From assembly GCA_005787865.1 (NCBI GenBank), contig SXZN01000178.1:1-33852 (forward strand): a stretch of DNA of 33,852 bases, written 5' to 3'. This DNA is from Opitutaceae bacterium (GTDB lineage Bacteria > Verrucomicrobiota > Verrucomicrobiia > Opitutales > Opitutaceae). The first letter of the stretch is position 1; each line of letters opens with the position of its first letter. The position numbers were made by a program, and so were the translations under genes. Shown piece after piece: positions 19,410-28,042 of this stretch. The notes under the pieces are model-generated. The model was not told the DNA's origin and ran no database searches. It was given only the letters and a program-made list of their open reading frames with translations.

Positions 19410-20591
19410 ATGAACATTCACGAATATCAAGCTAAAGCTATCTTCGAAAAATTTGGCGTGCCCGTCCCTCAGGGTGCGGTCGCAACCACGCCCGCGGGCT
19501 TTATCACCGCCCTCGCCCAACTCCCCGAGGGTCCCACCATGGTTAAATCTCAGATCCATGCGGGTGGCCGCGGCAAGGGCACTTTCACCAACGGCTTCAA
19601 GGGCGGCGTGAAATTCTGTAAAACTAAGGCCGAGGCCCAAGCCATGGCGGCCAACATGCTAGGTAATACCCTAGTCACCATCCAAACCGGACCCGCCGGT
19701 CGCAAGGTTCAGACGATCTATTTCACCATCGCGAGCGAAATTAAAAAAGAATACTATCTCGCCATTCTCCTCGACCGCAACAGCTCGCGGCCCGTCATCG
19801 TCGCCTCCACTAAAGGCGGCGTAGAAATCGAGAAAGTTGCGCATGAGACGCCTGAGAAATTATTTAAAATCCTCATCGATCCAGCCTACGGCCTCGCCGA
19901 TTTCCAAGTTCGCGAACTTATTTTTAAATTAGGCTTCACGGGGATCGAAGCCAAGAACGCCGCCAAACTTATCCGCAATCTTTATACGGCTTTCTGGGAA
20001 ACCGATGCCGCGATGATCGAAGTTAACCCGCTCATCACCACGCCCACCGGCGACGTCCTCGCCCTCGACGCCAAGGTCTCCTTCGACGCCAACGCCCTCT
20101 ACCGCCATCCAGAGATTGTCGCGCTGCGCGATCTTAACGAAGAAGACTCCAAAGAAATTGAGGCTTCTAAATATTCGCTCAGCTACATCGCACTCGATGG
20201 CAATATCGCCTGCCTCGTTAATGGCGCCGGTCTCGCGATGAGCACGATGGATATCATTCAACACTTCGGCGGCACCCCCGCCAACTTCCTCGATGTGGGC
20301 GGCGGCGCCTCCAAGGATCAAGTGATCGCCGCCTTCAAGATCATCCTCGGTGACAAAAACGTGAAAGGTATTTTGGTTAATATTTTCGGCGGGATCATGG
20401 ACTGCAACGTCATCGCCACCGGCATCGTCGCCGCGGTCAAGGAGGTTGGCCTTAAACTGCCTCTCGTGGTTCGCCTCGAGGGCAACAATGTGGCTGCGGG
20501 CAAAGCCACTCTGGCAGCTTCTGGCCTCGCCCTTGTCTCGGGCGACACCATGGCCGATGCCGCTCAGAAAATCGTCAAGCTAGTCGCCTAA
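19410..20591 (+). CDS. sucC: Succinyl-CoA ligase beta subunit
   Basis: [34 protein letters not shown] and NIFGGI motifs. Confidence 0.98.
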   Translation: MNIHEYQAKAIFEKFGVPVPQGAVATTPAGFITALAQLPEGPTMVKSQIHAGGRGKGTFTNGFKGGVKFCKTKAEAQAMAANMLGNTLVTIQTGPAGRKVQTIYFTIASEIKKEYYLAILLDRNSSRPVIVASTKGGVEIEKVAHETPEKLFKILIDPAYGLADFQVRELIFKLGFTGIEAKNAAKLIRNLYTAFWETDAAMIEVNPLITTPTGDVLALDAKVSFDANALYRHPEIVALRDLNEEDSKEIEASKYSLSYIALDGNIACLVNGAGLAMSTMDIIQHFGGTPANFLDVGGGASKDQVIAAFKIILGDKNVKGILVNIFGGIMDCNVIATGIVAAVKEVGLKLPLVVRLEGNNVAAGKATLAASGLALVSGDTMADAAQKIVKLVA

Positions 20592-20615
20592 GTCCTCTCC
20601 CTCCTCCCCTTTTCC

Positions 20616-21539
20616 ATGAGCATTCTCATCACTCCACAAACGAAGATCATTGTCCAAGGCATCACCGGCGACTTTGGTGGCCGTCACGCCAAGCTTTCAC
20701 TCGACTACGGCACGCAGGTCGTCGCAGGCGTCACCCCAGGTAAGGGCGGCCAATTTTTCGAACACGGCACCCATAAAGTACCGATTTTTAATTCCGTAGC
20801 GGACGCGGCTCAAGCGACCAGCGCTAGCGTGTCGGTTATTTTTGTCCCACCACCCTATGCCGCTGACGCCATCCTCGAGTGCGTTGCTGCGGGCCTTGAT
20901 CTGGCGGTCGCTATTACCGAGGGCATTCCGATTAAGGATATGATCCGCGTGAAACGCGCCATGCAGGGCACCAAAACTCGCCTGCTCGGGCCCAACTGCC
21001 CCGGCCTCGTTACCCCCGGAACCGGCAAGGACTCCTCCGGCGGCTGCCGCATCGGCATCGCCCCCGGCTATATCCACAAACAAGGCCACGTCGGCGTCGT
21101 CTCACGCTCTGGCACTCTGACCTATGAAGCCGTCTTCCAACTCACCTCGAAAAATATAGGCCAGACCACCTGCGTTGGCATCGGGGGCGACCCCGTCAAC
21201 GGAACTAATCACCTCGATGTGATCAAACTCTTCAACGCCGACCCTGAGACGCATGGGATTATCCTCATCGGTGAAATCGGTGGCAACGCTGAGGTTGAGG
21301 CCGCGCGCTGGATCAAAGCAAATTGCACCAAGCCCGTCGCTGGCTTCATCGCCGGCGCCACCGCCCCTGCTGGACGTCGCATGGGCCACGCCGGCGCGAT
21401 CGTCGGCGGCGCCGAGGATACCGCGGCCGCCAAGATCGCCGTCTTCAAAGAATGCGGCATCGAAGTTGCCGTCACCCCCTCCGACATGGCCGACGCTCTC
21501 CTGCGCTCAGCTAAGGCCAAGGGTGTGACGCTGACCTAA
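20616..21539 (+). CDS. sucD: Succinyl-CoA ligase alpha subunit
   Basis: VQGITG, GPNCPG, SRSGTLTYE and RMGHAGA motifs. Confidence 0.98.
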   Translation: MSILITPQTKIIVQGITGDFGGRHAKLSLDYGTQVVAGVTPGKGGQFFEHGTHKVPIFNSVADAAQATSASVSVIFVPPPYAADAILECVAAGLDLAVAITEGIPIKDMIRVKRAMQGTKTRLLGPNCPGLVTPGTGKDSSGGCRIGIAPGYIHKQGHVGVVSRSGTLTYEAVFQLTSKNIGQTTCVGIGGDPVNGTNHLDVIKLFNADPETHGIILIGEIGGNAEVEAARWIKANCTKPVAGFIAGATAPAGRRMGHAGAIVGGAEDTAAAKIAVFKECGIEVAVTPSDMADALLRSAKAKGVTLT

Positions 21540-21567
21540 TCCACTAGGCTGCATCGACCGTAGCAAG

Positions 21568-21587
21568 AGCCGGACCCGCGTCCGGCT
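21568..21587. terminator. Hairpin between convergent sucD and DUF3050 genes
   Basis: AGCCGGAC-ccgc-GTCCGGCT, a perfect 8-bp stem. The U-tracts are weak. Confidence 0.5.
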
Positions 21588-21604
21588 ATTATTGTGGGCG
21601 CGTC

Positions 21605-22369
21605 TTAGGCCAACGTGGCGACGATCGCGTCCCACAAACGAATGCGGGCCTCAATCGAGGCGAGGGCCGCGCGCCCCGCCTCCTGCCATTTCAGCTCATC
21701 GTCGCCGCAAAGCCGCTCCACCATCCGTAAAGCGATCGCACCGTGATGACCACCATCGACCTCGATGTGCCGCTCTAAATAATAACGAAATGTATCAAAT
21801 TTTCCCGGATGCTCGCGGCTTAACCGCGTGACGAGTTGCATGAACATATCCGGAATTAGATCTTCTCGCCCAAAGGTGAAAGCGGCCGCTACTTCATGCG
21901 TTTTACCCTGACCGGCCAGCCGAAAGGTTTCCGCAGAAAATTCCGCCGCACCTAAGGGAACTCCCGCCTTCTTGAGTGCCACCGCCGTCGCTCCACCAGC
22001 GCGCACGCTGGCGAGGGCCCCGTTGATTGCCGTGGCGCCCGCCCCGGCTTCATGCATCGCGCGCAGATACAGCTCAAAATGGCTTATGCGCGTCCCCGCA
22101 GGATCGACGTCTGACTCTTCCCCGCACACAATTTCATTGATCAGGAATCGCACCTCTGCCTCACCCACCGGAACCCAAGGAAGATCGAGGCAGGTCAGGT
22201 CGCGCTGGAGCCGCTTGAGGAGCGACATGAAATCCCAAACCGCAAAAACGTGGGATTCCATGAAGCGCTGCACATCATCGAGCGAAGCCATCCGCGCATA
22301 AAGCGAATGAGCGAGCAAACGAGCGCGGGCTGGGGCGATTTGGGCACGAATATCATCAAGACGATGCAT
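21605..22369 (-). CDS. DUF3050 family protein (heme-oxygenase-like helical fold)
   Basis: HVFAVWDFMSLLK, INEIVCGEESD, SHFELY, FTFGREDLIP and YYLERHIEVDGGHH motifs. Confidence 0.88.
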   Translation of the reverse strand: MHRLDDIRAQIAPARARLLAHSLYARMASLDDVQRFMESHVFAVWDFMSLLKRLQRDLTCLDLPWVPVGEAEVRFLINEIVCGEESDVDPAGTRISHFELYLRAMHEAGAGATAINGALASVRAGGATAVALKKAGVPLGAAEFSAETFRLAGQGKTHEVAAAFTFGREDLIPDMFMQLVTRLSREHPGKFDTFRYYLERHIEVDGGHHGAIALRMVERLCGDDELKWQEAGRAALASIEARIRLWDAIVATLA

Positions 22370-22610
22370 CGCCTCAGCTTAGCCAACTCCCCTAAAACGC
22401 AAATCAGAGAGACTTTGCAGCGTGAAAACATTTCAGCCGCATAATATTCTTTCCGCGTTGCACCAATAAAACGCCTTGAGCAAAAAATTATTTTCCGGTC
22501 CTAGCTGACGTAACTATAAATAATGCAACAACTTGCTGATGGGGATGTATTTTTTCGGCGGTGATAAAAAAATTTATCTGGTCTTCCGGTCGCCGGTTTG
22601 CACTCTTCGC

Positions 22611-22741
22611 CTCGCATCAGGAAAGGATCGACTGACAACAGTCGGTTCTGCCAACCGGGTCTAGGAGTGATCACGGTGGTTTCGCGTGACGCAAGTCACC
22701 CGGATGTGAGAGGGGTCACACCTTCTAACAAAAAAACTCCT
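22611..22741 (+). ncRNA. SAM-I/IV-type riboswitch aptamer
   Basis: P1 CTCGCATC(22611-18)/GATGTGAG(22703-10); AUC-AGGAAAG junction; P2 hairpin 22625-48; P3 CCAACC/GGTGG with unpaired AA/U core; P4 GTGAC-GCAA-GTCAC; P5 hairpin after P1; pseudoknot between L3 AGGAGT(22663-68) and ACTCCT(22736-41). Confidence 0.85.
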
Positions 22742-22753
22742 CCTCAAAAAACG

Positions 22754-22791
22754 GAAAGCCGCCTGATGCTCTCAGGCGGCTTTCGTTTTTT
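22754..22791 (+). terminator. Intrinsic terminator of the riboswitch expression platform
   Basis: 13-bp stem GAAAGCCGCCTGA-tgctc-TCAGGCGGCTTTC followed by GTTTTTT, upstream of the CDS at 22845. Confidence 0.92.
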
Positions 22792-22844
22792 AGGAAACAC
22801 CCTGGTGCGCGAACGATTAGTTAAAACTCAACCGCTCACGCATC

Positions 22845-23096
22845 ATGTCCAACGTCATCACCCTCGCCGCCCTTCGCATCAGCGAAGCGAATCCCAACCA
22901 CCACCTCTGGAACAACAACGGAACGTGGTTCTTGCATTATACGGTCTACCCGACCCCTTTCACAAAAGAGCGCATCCGCCGCTCCTTAGGCACCAAGTGT
23001 CTCACGACCGCCCGTGAGCGCCGTGATCAGTTTTTTAATCACTTGGCCAAGCAGAGCACCACGCCGACTCTCGCCGGTCAGGTCGCTGTTGCCTGA
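22845..23096 (+). CDS. 83-aa hypothetical protein, riboswitch-controlled, resembling integrase arm-type/DUF6538 nucleic-acid-binding domains
   Basis: HLWNNNGTWFLHY...RIRRSLGTK...ARERRD pattern suggests three beta-strands plus a helix; the protein is basic. Confidence 0.75.
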   Translation: MSNVITLAALRISEANPNHHLWNNNGTWFLHYTVYPTPFTKERIRRSLGTKCLTTARERRDQFFNHLAKQSTTPTLAGQVAVA

Positions 23097-23315
23097 TGAA
23101 CGAAGCGGGCTCTCGGCTGACGATAACGTCAAACCGAGAGCGACTGCGACCCACCGCGCCCATCAGGGGAGCGTCGCCAAGCGGCGGCATACCGAGCAAG
23201 GCTTGGGCGTAAATATCCCCTAGCGCATCATCGTGCGTCGCTTTGGCTCGGGGCGGCGGCAAGGTCTCGGTCGCTGGCGCAGACTACAAACCGACAAAAC
23301 CGAGCAGGCCCGACC

Positions 23316-24755
23316 CTACCCCAAGGTGAACACTCTACACGGAAGCAAGGCTGCATCGACCATCCCGTGAATAATTTTTTTGTCGGGCGGGCAAAAAGTT
23401 GCCAGAGCCCCCGATAAGCGAGCCTGCCCTCGAACTACGAAATAGTAAGGACACAAGCGGAGCCGACCGGCCTTCGCTACAGCGGCCGGGCTCGGCCGAT
23501 TTTCTTCGTAGAGCAAGTGCTCGAGCCGTCGCGGCTTTTTGTATTCTTGGAGCAGATGCAAATTGCGCGGGGCCAACTCGAGCGCCTGCGCCACTCCGGC
23601 TTGCCACTCTTCGCGCGAACAATCACTGCCCAGCACTACACTGCGCGCGCCCCACGCCGTTTCATGAAAACCAGATATCTTGATAATTAAATCCCGCTCT
23701 TTCTGCGAGGCCCCACTGAGCTCGCGCCAGTCATTGAGCAGACGTCCACCGACCCGCGGGCCATCCAGAACCGCTCCGGGCGGAAGCACCGCGGGATCCA
23801 TCACCCAAGAGGCGGGGATAATCTTCCGCAGCAACTCGAGATGCGGCCGGCTGATATTTTCTGCCCAAAATTCCGGCAAGAGATGATGATGAAATAAAGC
23901 CAAAGCCAATTTCTCCTCCTGAAAAGGCCGCATCGGGGGCGAAATCGTCACCGCCCCACTCTGCCAAGCTTCTAAAATATCGGTGGCAATCCGCACATTC
24001 GCCCAATCAAAGAGTTCAAAAAAACGATAAATAATATCAATTTTCTCCGGCGTGCCCTCGACCGAAAAAAATAATTCCCCGCCGAGCGGGAAAACATCCT
24101 CGGGGCGCAGACAATAAACTCGCCGACCCAGGCGCTGCAATTGCTCGGCCAACCACCGCATCTCGGGACGGTAAGTCGCCGCTTCCTCACTCACGAGAAT
24201 GACGATGAGCGGGTTTCTCGACTCAGGCCGCAACGTCGCCAGGGCTTGGTAGAAATTTTCCACCATGCGATCACCCGCACCGAGGATCGTCTCACCACCA
24301 ATGTCCGGCGGCGCCATCGATTCCCCTGGGCTATACAGCCGATTTAAGAATGCCGTCAGCCCAACGCCCCCAGGGACGGAATCCAATTCCGTGAGTACAA
24401 AGCCGTCGTCCGTCAATAAAAGGTCAGGGCGGAGCACCGTCGGGAAAGCTCCCCGATTTTTAGGGTCACGCGCATGCTCCACCAAATTAGCCGGCTTACC
24501 GCGATCCAAGTAATCAGCCACCCACGGCGCTAATAATGATTTGTTGCGCAGCAAATTTTTTCCAGCCACCGAGCGGAGATAAAGAATCTCCAGCGCTTGA
24601 TGAAATTCTAAACACGCCGCCCCAATCTGCTCCAACTGGGTAATCTGCTCTGGTGTCAAGGGCCAGGCTTCCGGGGACAACTGCCAGGTCTTATTCTCAA
24701 ACAGCGACTGGCCATCGAAGGCGGCGCGGAGTGTCTGGTAGGACAAGGCGGACAT
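23316..24755 (-). CDS. Glutathionylspermidine-synthase-like / circularly permuted ATP-grasp amidoligase
   Basis: RPDLLL...ELDSVPGG (RxD/ExD-N metal-ATP motifs), IIYRFFE, EEK, IIK, WGARSV and LLQEY. Confidence 0.65.
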   Translation of the reverse strand: MSALSYQTLRAAFDGQSLFENKTWQLSPEAWPLTPEQITQLEQIGAACLEFHQALEILYLRSVAGKNLLRNKSLLAPWVADYLDRGKPANLVEHARDPKNRGAFPTVLRPDLLLTDDGFVLTELDSVPGGVGLTAFLNRLYSPGESMAPPDIGGETILGAGDRMVENFYQALATLRPESRNPLIVILVSEEAATYRPEMRWLAEQLQRLGRRVYCLRPEDVFPLGGELFFSVEGTPEKIDIIYRFFELFDWANVRIATDILEAWQSGAVTISPPMRPFQEEKLALALFHHHLLPEFWAENISRPHLELLRKIIPASWVMDPAVLPPGAVLDGPRVGGRLLNDWRELSGASQKERDLIIKISGFHETAWGARSVVLGSDCSREEWQAGVAQALELAPRNLHLLQEYKKPRRLEHLLYEENRPSPAAVAKAGRLRLCPYYFVVRGQARLSGALATFCPPDKKIIHGMVDAALLPCRVFTLG

Positions 24756-24807
24756 AGAATGGTAATCGAGCCGTCGCTCGTCCGGTTAGCCGGAACGAGC
24801 AAAATCA

Positions 24808-25951
24808 TTAATCATCCATCTGGATATCTTTGTTGCGATGCCGCGGGCAGCCCGCACGCAACCAGCCGTAGATGAAGCGATCGAGATCACCATCGAGGAC
24901 GCCTTGGGTATCGCTCGTGCTGACGCCCGTGCGCAGGTCTTTCACCATTTGGTAAGGTTGCAGTACGTAGCTGCGAATTTGGCTGCCGAAGCCAATCTCA
25001 CCTTTCTCGCCATAAAATTTTTCCATCTCGCTGCGCTTATCATCCAACCGTTTCTCGTAGAGGCGGGCTTTCAAGACGACCATGGCCGTCGCCTTGTTCT
25101 TGATCTGTGAACGTTCGTTTTGGCACACCACGACAATGCCCGAGGGCATGTGCGTCAGCCGCACGGCCGAATCGGTGGTGTTAACGCCTTGGCCGCCTTT
25201 GCCGGAAGAGCGATAGACATCGGTACGAATTTCGTCCTCCGGAATATCAAGGGCGATTTCCTCCGTAATTTCCGCCACGACATCGACCGCGCAGAATGAG
25301 GTGTGCCGGCGTTTATTAGAATCAAATGGGCTTATGCGCACCAGGCGGTGCACGCCGCGTTCGGCCTTCGCATAACCGTAGGCGTTCTCGCCCTTGATGA
25401 GAATGGTCGCTTTCGAAATACCCGCGGTATCACCCGGCTGCACATCCATCAGCTCAATCGTGTAGCCCTTTCGCTCCGTCCAGCGGGAATACATCCGGAA
25501 CAAAATATCCGCCCAATCATTGGACTCCGTGCCACCGGCGCCGGCCTGAATACTAAAAATCGCGTTGTTGCGATCAAACTGGCCGGTGAGGAACGAGGCA
25601 ATCTCGAGCTTGTCGAGATCCTCCACCATCGCCGGCACCGAGACATTCAGCTCTTTGGTGTACTCCTCCTGCTCAGCCGGCGAAGAGGCTTCGATTAACT
25701 CCACCATCACGGTGGCATCATCGACACGTTTATTGAAAATCACTAAGCCGCTAATCACGCGCTTCAAGCCATTTACCTTGGCGATGTGCTTCTGCGCCCG
25801 ATCAGGGGTATCCCAAAAACCTGGCTCACCCATCTGCGCCTCCAACGCCTCTATTTCTCGCTGCTTTTGTTCGACGTCAAAGAAACCTCCATAAGTAGCC
25901 GGCACGCTTCTTTATGTTCTCAAGGTGGGAAAAGGTCTCGGGTTCAATCAT
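24808..25951 (-). CDS. prfB: Peptide chain release factor 2 with programmed +1 frameshift
   Basis: ATG at 25951 gives [24 protein letters not shown], then CTT TGA C. The +1 frame continues DVEQK and contains the SPF and GGQ motifs. Confidence 0.97.
25876..25890 (-). other. prfB +1 frameshift cassette
   Basis: GGAGG-TTT-CTT-TGA-C: internal Shine-Dalgarno 3 nt before CTT TGA C. Confidence 0.95.
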
Positions 25952-26015
25952 GGCAATGCCTCAAGCTTGGCACTCGCGCCCCCTCCGCAAGCGGAAAGTC
26001 GCTCCCGGCCAATTT

Positions 26016-26951
26016 TCAGCGCCGCCACCGACCCGTGGCCTGCTCAGCGAGGAAGCTGGCATATGTTTTTGCGATGCCCTCGCGCAGACTGATCTGTGCC
26101 TGCCAGCCGAGCGCGGTTAGCCGACCCACATTCATCAATTTACGCGGAGTCCCATCGGGTTTGGTCGCATCCCAAATAATTTTCCCCGCGAAGCCTGTCG
26201 CGGCTGCGACCAACTCCGTCAGCTCTTTGATCGTAACATCGGTACCTGTACCCACATTAATCAGGTCGGGTGGATTCGCTAATTTCAGCAAAAAAGCACA
26301 AGCGTCGGCCAGCTCATCAACGTATAAAAATTCTCGCTGCGGTTTGCCCGTACCCCAAGCCACAACTTCCGGACGGCCGGCGACCTTGGCCTCATGAAAT
26401 TTTCGAATGAGGGCCGGGAGCACGTGCGAATTCTGCGCATGATAATTGTCGCCCGGACCATAAAGGTTCGTCGGCATGGCGGCATGATAAAGTACCCCGT
26501 ATTGCTTTCGATAGTACTCGCAAAGCTTTAACCCCGCAATCTTCGCAATCGCATAAGCCTCGTTCGTTGACTCCAGCGCCCCAGTCAGCAGAGAGCTCTC
26601 CGCCATCGGCTGAACGGCTAGCTTAGGATAAATGCACGAGCTGCCTAAAAACAACAACCGGGATACCCCCGCCTGATAAGCGCCCTGAATTGTGTTGGTG
26701 GCGATAGCGAGATTCTCAAATAAAAATTCAGCGGGATACGTGCTGTTAGCATGAATGCCGCCTACTTTGGCCGCAGCGATGATCGCGACATCCGGCTTTT
26801 CGGTCGCGAAGAATGCGGCCACCGCAGCCTGCTTGGTCAGATCAAGCTTCGCGCGAGTCCGGAGCAATAAATTAACCCCCGGGTCACGCTGGAAACGGCG
26901 CACTAACGCCGCGCCAACCATTCCTTGGTGTCCGGCAATGAATAGCTTCAT
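26016..26951 (-). CDS. fcl: GDP-L-fucose synthase
   Basis: [28 protein letters not shown] and KPDGTPRK motifs. Confidence 0.97.
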   Translation of the reverse strand: MKLFIAGHQGMVGAALVRRFQRDPGVNLLLRTRAKLDLTKQAAVAAFFATEKPDVAIIAAAKVGGIHANSTYPAEFLFENLAIATNTIQGAYQAGVSRLLFLGSSCIYPKLAVQPMAESSLLTGALESTNEAYAIAKIAGLKLCEYYRKQYGVLYHAAMPTNLYGPGDNYHAQNSHVLPALIRKFHEAKVAGRPEVVAWGTGKPQREFLYVDELADACAFLLKLANPPDLINVGTGTDVTIKELTELVAAATGFAGKIIWDATKPDGTPRKLMNVGRLTALGWQAQISLREGIAKTYASFLAEQATGRWRR

Positions 26952-27982
26952 GCGTGCGCTGACTTATGCGGCGAAGGCAAACGAGCGATCTGCGCTTCGC
27001 GTTTGGCGAGCTCGAGGTCATGCTCAATCATGATCTTCACCAAATCCTTAAAGAGTACCTTGGGCTTCCAACCGAGCTGCTTTTCCGCCTTCGCGGGATT
27101 GCCAATCAGCAATTCAACTTCGGCGGGGCGCTCGTAACGAGCGTCGTGCTTAACATATTTAGCCCAGTCTAAGTCTAGCAGACCGAAAGCCACTTCACAA
27201 AATTCCTGCACGCTATGCGTCTCATTGGTGGCCACGACGTAATCATCAGGCTTATCCTGCTGCAGCATGAGCCACATCATTTCCACATATTCTTTGGCGT
27301 AGCCCCAATCGCGTTTGGCGTCGATGTTCCCGAGGTAAATGGAGTCCTGGAGGCCTAATTTAATGCGGGTCGCTGCCCGCGTGATTTTGCGGGTCACAAA
27401 AGTTTCCCCGCGCCGCGGCGACTCATGGTTAAATAAAATACCATTGCTCGCGTGAAGATTGTAGCTCTCGCGAAAATTTACCGTCAGCCAATAGGCGTAA
27501 ACCTTGGCACAACCATAGGGCGAACGAGGCCAGAAAGGGGTGGTCTCCGTCTGCGGCACCTCCTGTACCTTGCCGAACATTTCCGAGGACGAGGCTTGAT
27601 AAAAACGCGTTTTCTTCACCAATCCCGCTTCACGAATCGCTTCCAAAATGCGCAGCGCCCCCTGCCCATCGATATCACCGGTATACTCCGGAATGTCGAA
27701 CGACACCCGCACGTGTGATTGCGCGGCCAGATTGTAAATCTCATCTGGCTGCAGTTCGTAGAGTAGCTTCACCATCTGCACCGCATCAGCAAGATCACCG
27801 TAGTGGAGCGTTAACTTGGCCCCGTTAGCGTGACGGTCGAAATTCAAGTGATCAATTCGGCTGGTGTTAAAGGTCGAGGCGCGGCGAATGATGCCGTGCA
27901 CCTCGTAGCCCTTGGCGAGCAGCAACTCGGCGAGGTAGGAACCATCTTGGCCGGTGATGCCGGTGATCAGTGCTTTTTTCAT
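26948..27982 (-). CDS. gmd: GDP-mannose 4,6-dehydratase
   Basis: [28 protein letters not shown] and NHESPRRG motifs. Confidence 0.98.
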   Translation of the reverse strand: MKKALITGITGQDGSYLAELLLAKGYEVHGIIRRASTFNTSRIDHLNFDRHANGAKLTLHYGDLADAVQMVKLLYELQPDEIYNLAAQSHVRVSFDIPEYTGDIDGQGALRILEAIREAGLVKKTRFYQASSSEMFGKVQEVPQTETTPFWPRSPYGCAKVYAYWLTVNFRESYNLHASNGILFNHESPRRGETFVTRKITRAATRIKLGLQDSIYLGNIDAKRDWGYAKEYVEMMWLMLQQDKPDDYVVATNETHSVQEFCEVAFGLLDLDWAKYVKHDARYERPAEVELLIGNPAKAEKQLGWKPKVLFKDLVKIMIEHDLELAKREAQIARLPSPHKSAHA

Positions 27983-28042
27983 GGATGATAGGGAGCTAGA
28001 TAAATTTCCTGAGGACAGGCAAGCCCGGCAGCAGCTAGCCGC

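Noticed and set aside
22695-22715. CCCGGATGTGAGAGG resembles the 3' end of an FMN riboswitch
   Set aside because: The other RFN motifs are absent, and the SAM-I/IV fold explains all paired elements.
22598-23017. 139-aa ORF spanning the riboswitch
   Set aside because: It has a weak TTG start, runs through a structured RNA and strong terminator, and overlaps the better 83-aa ORF in another frame.
23035-23262. Short ORFs between the 83-aa gene and the ATP-grasp gene
   Set aside because: No motifs; they look like GC-rich shadow ORFs.
25876-25890. prfB frameshift as a novel finding
   Set aside because: This is the canonical, well-known RF2 autoregulation; it is listed as a feature only.
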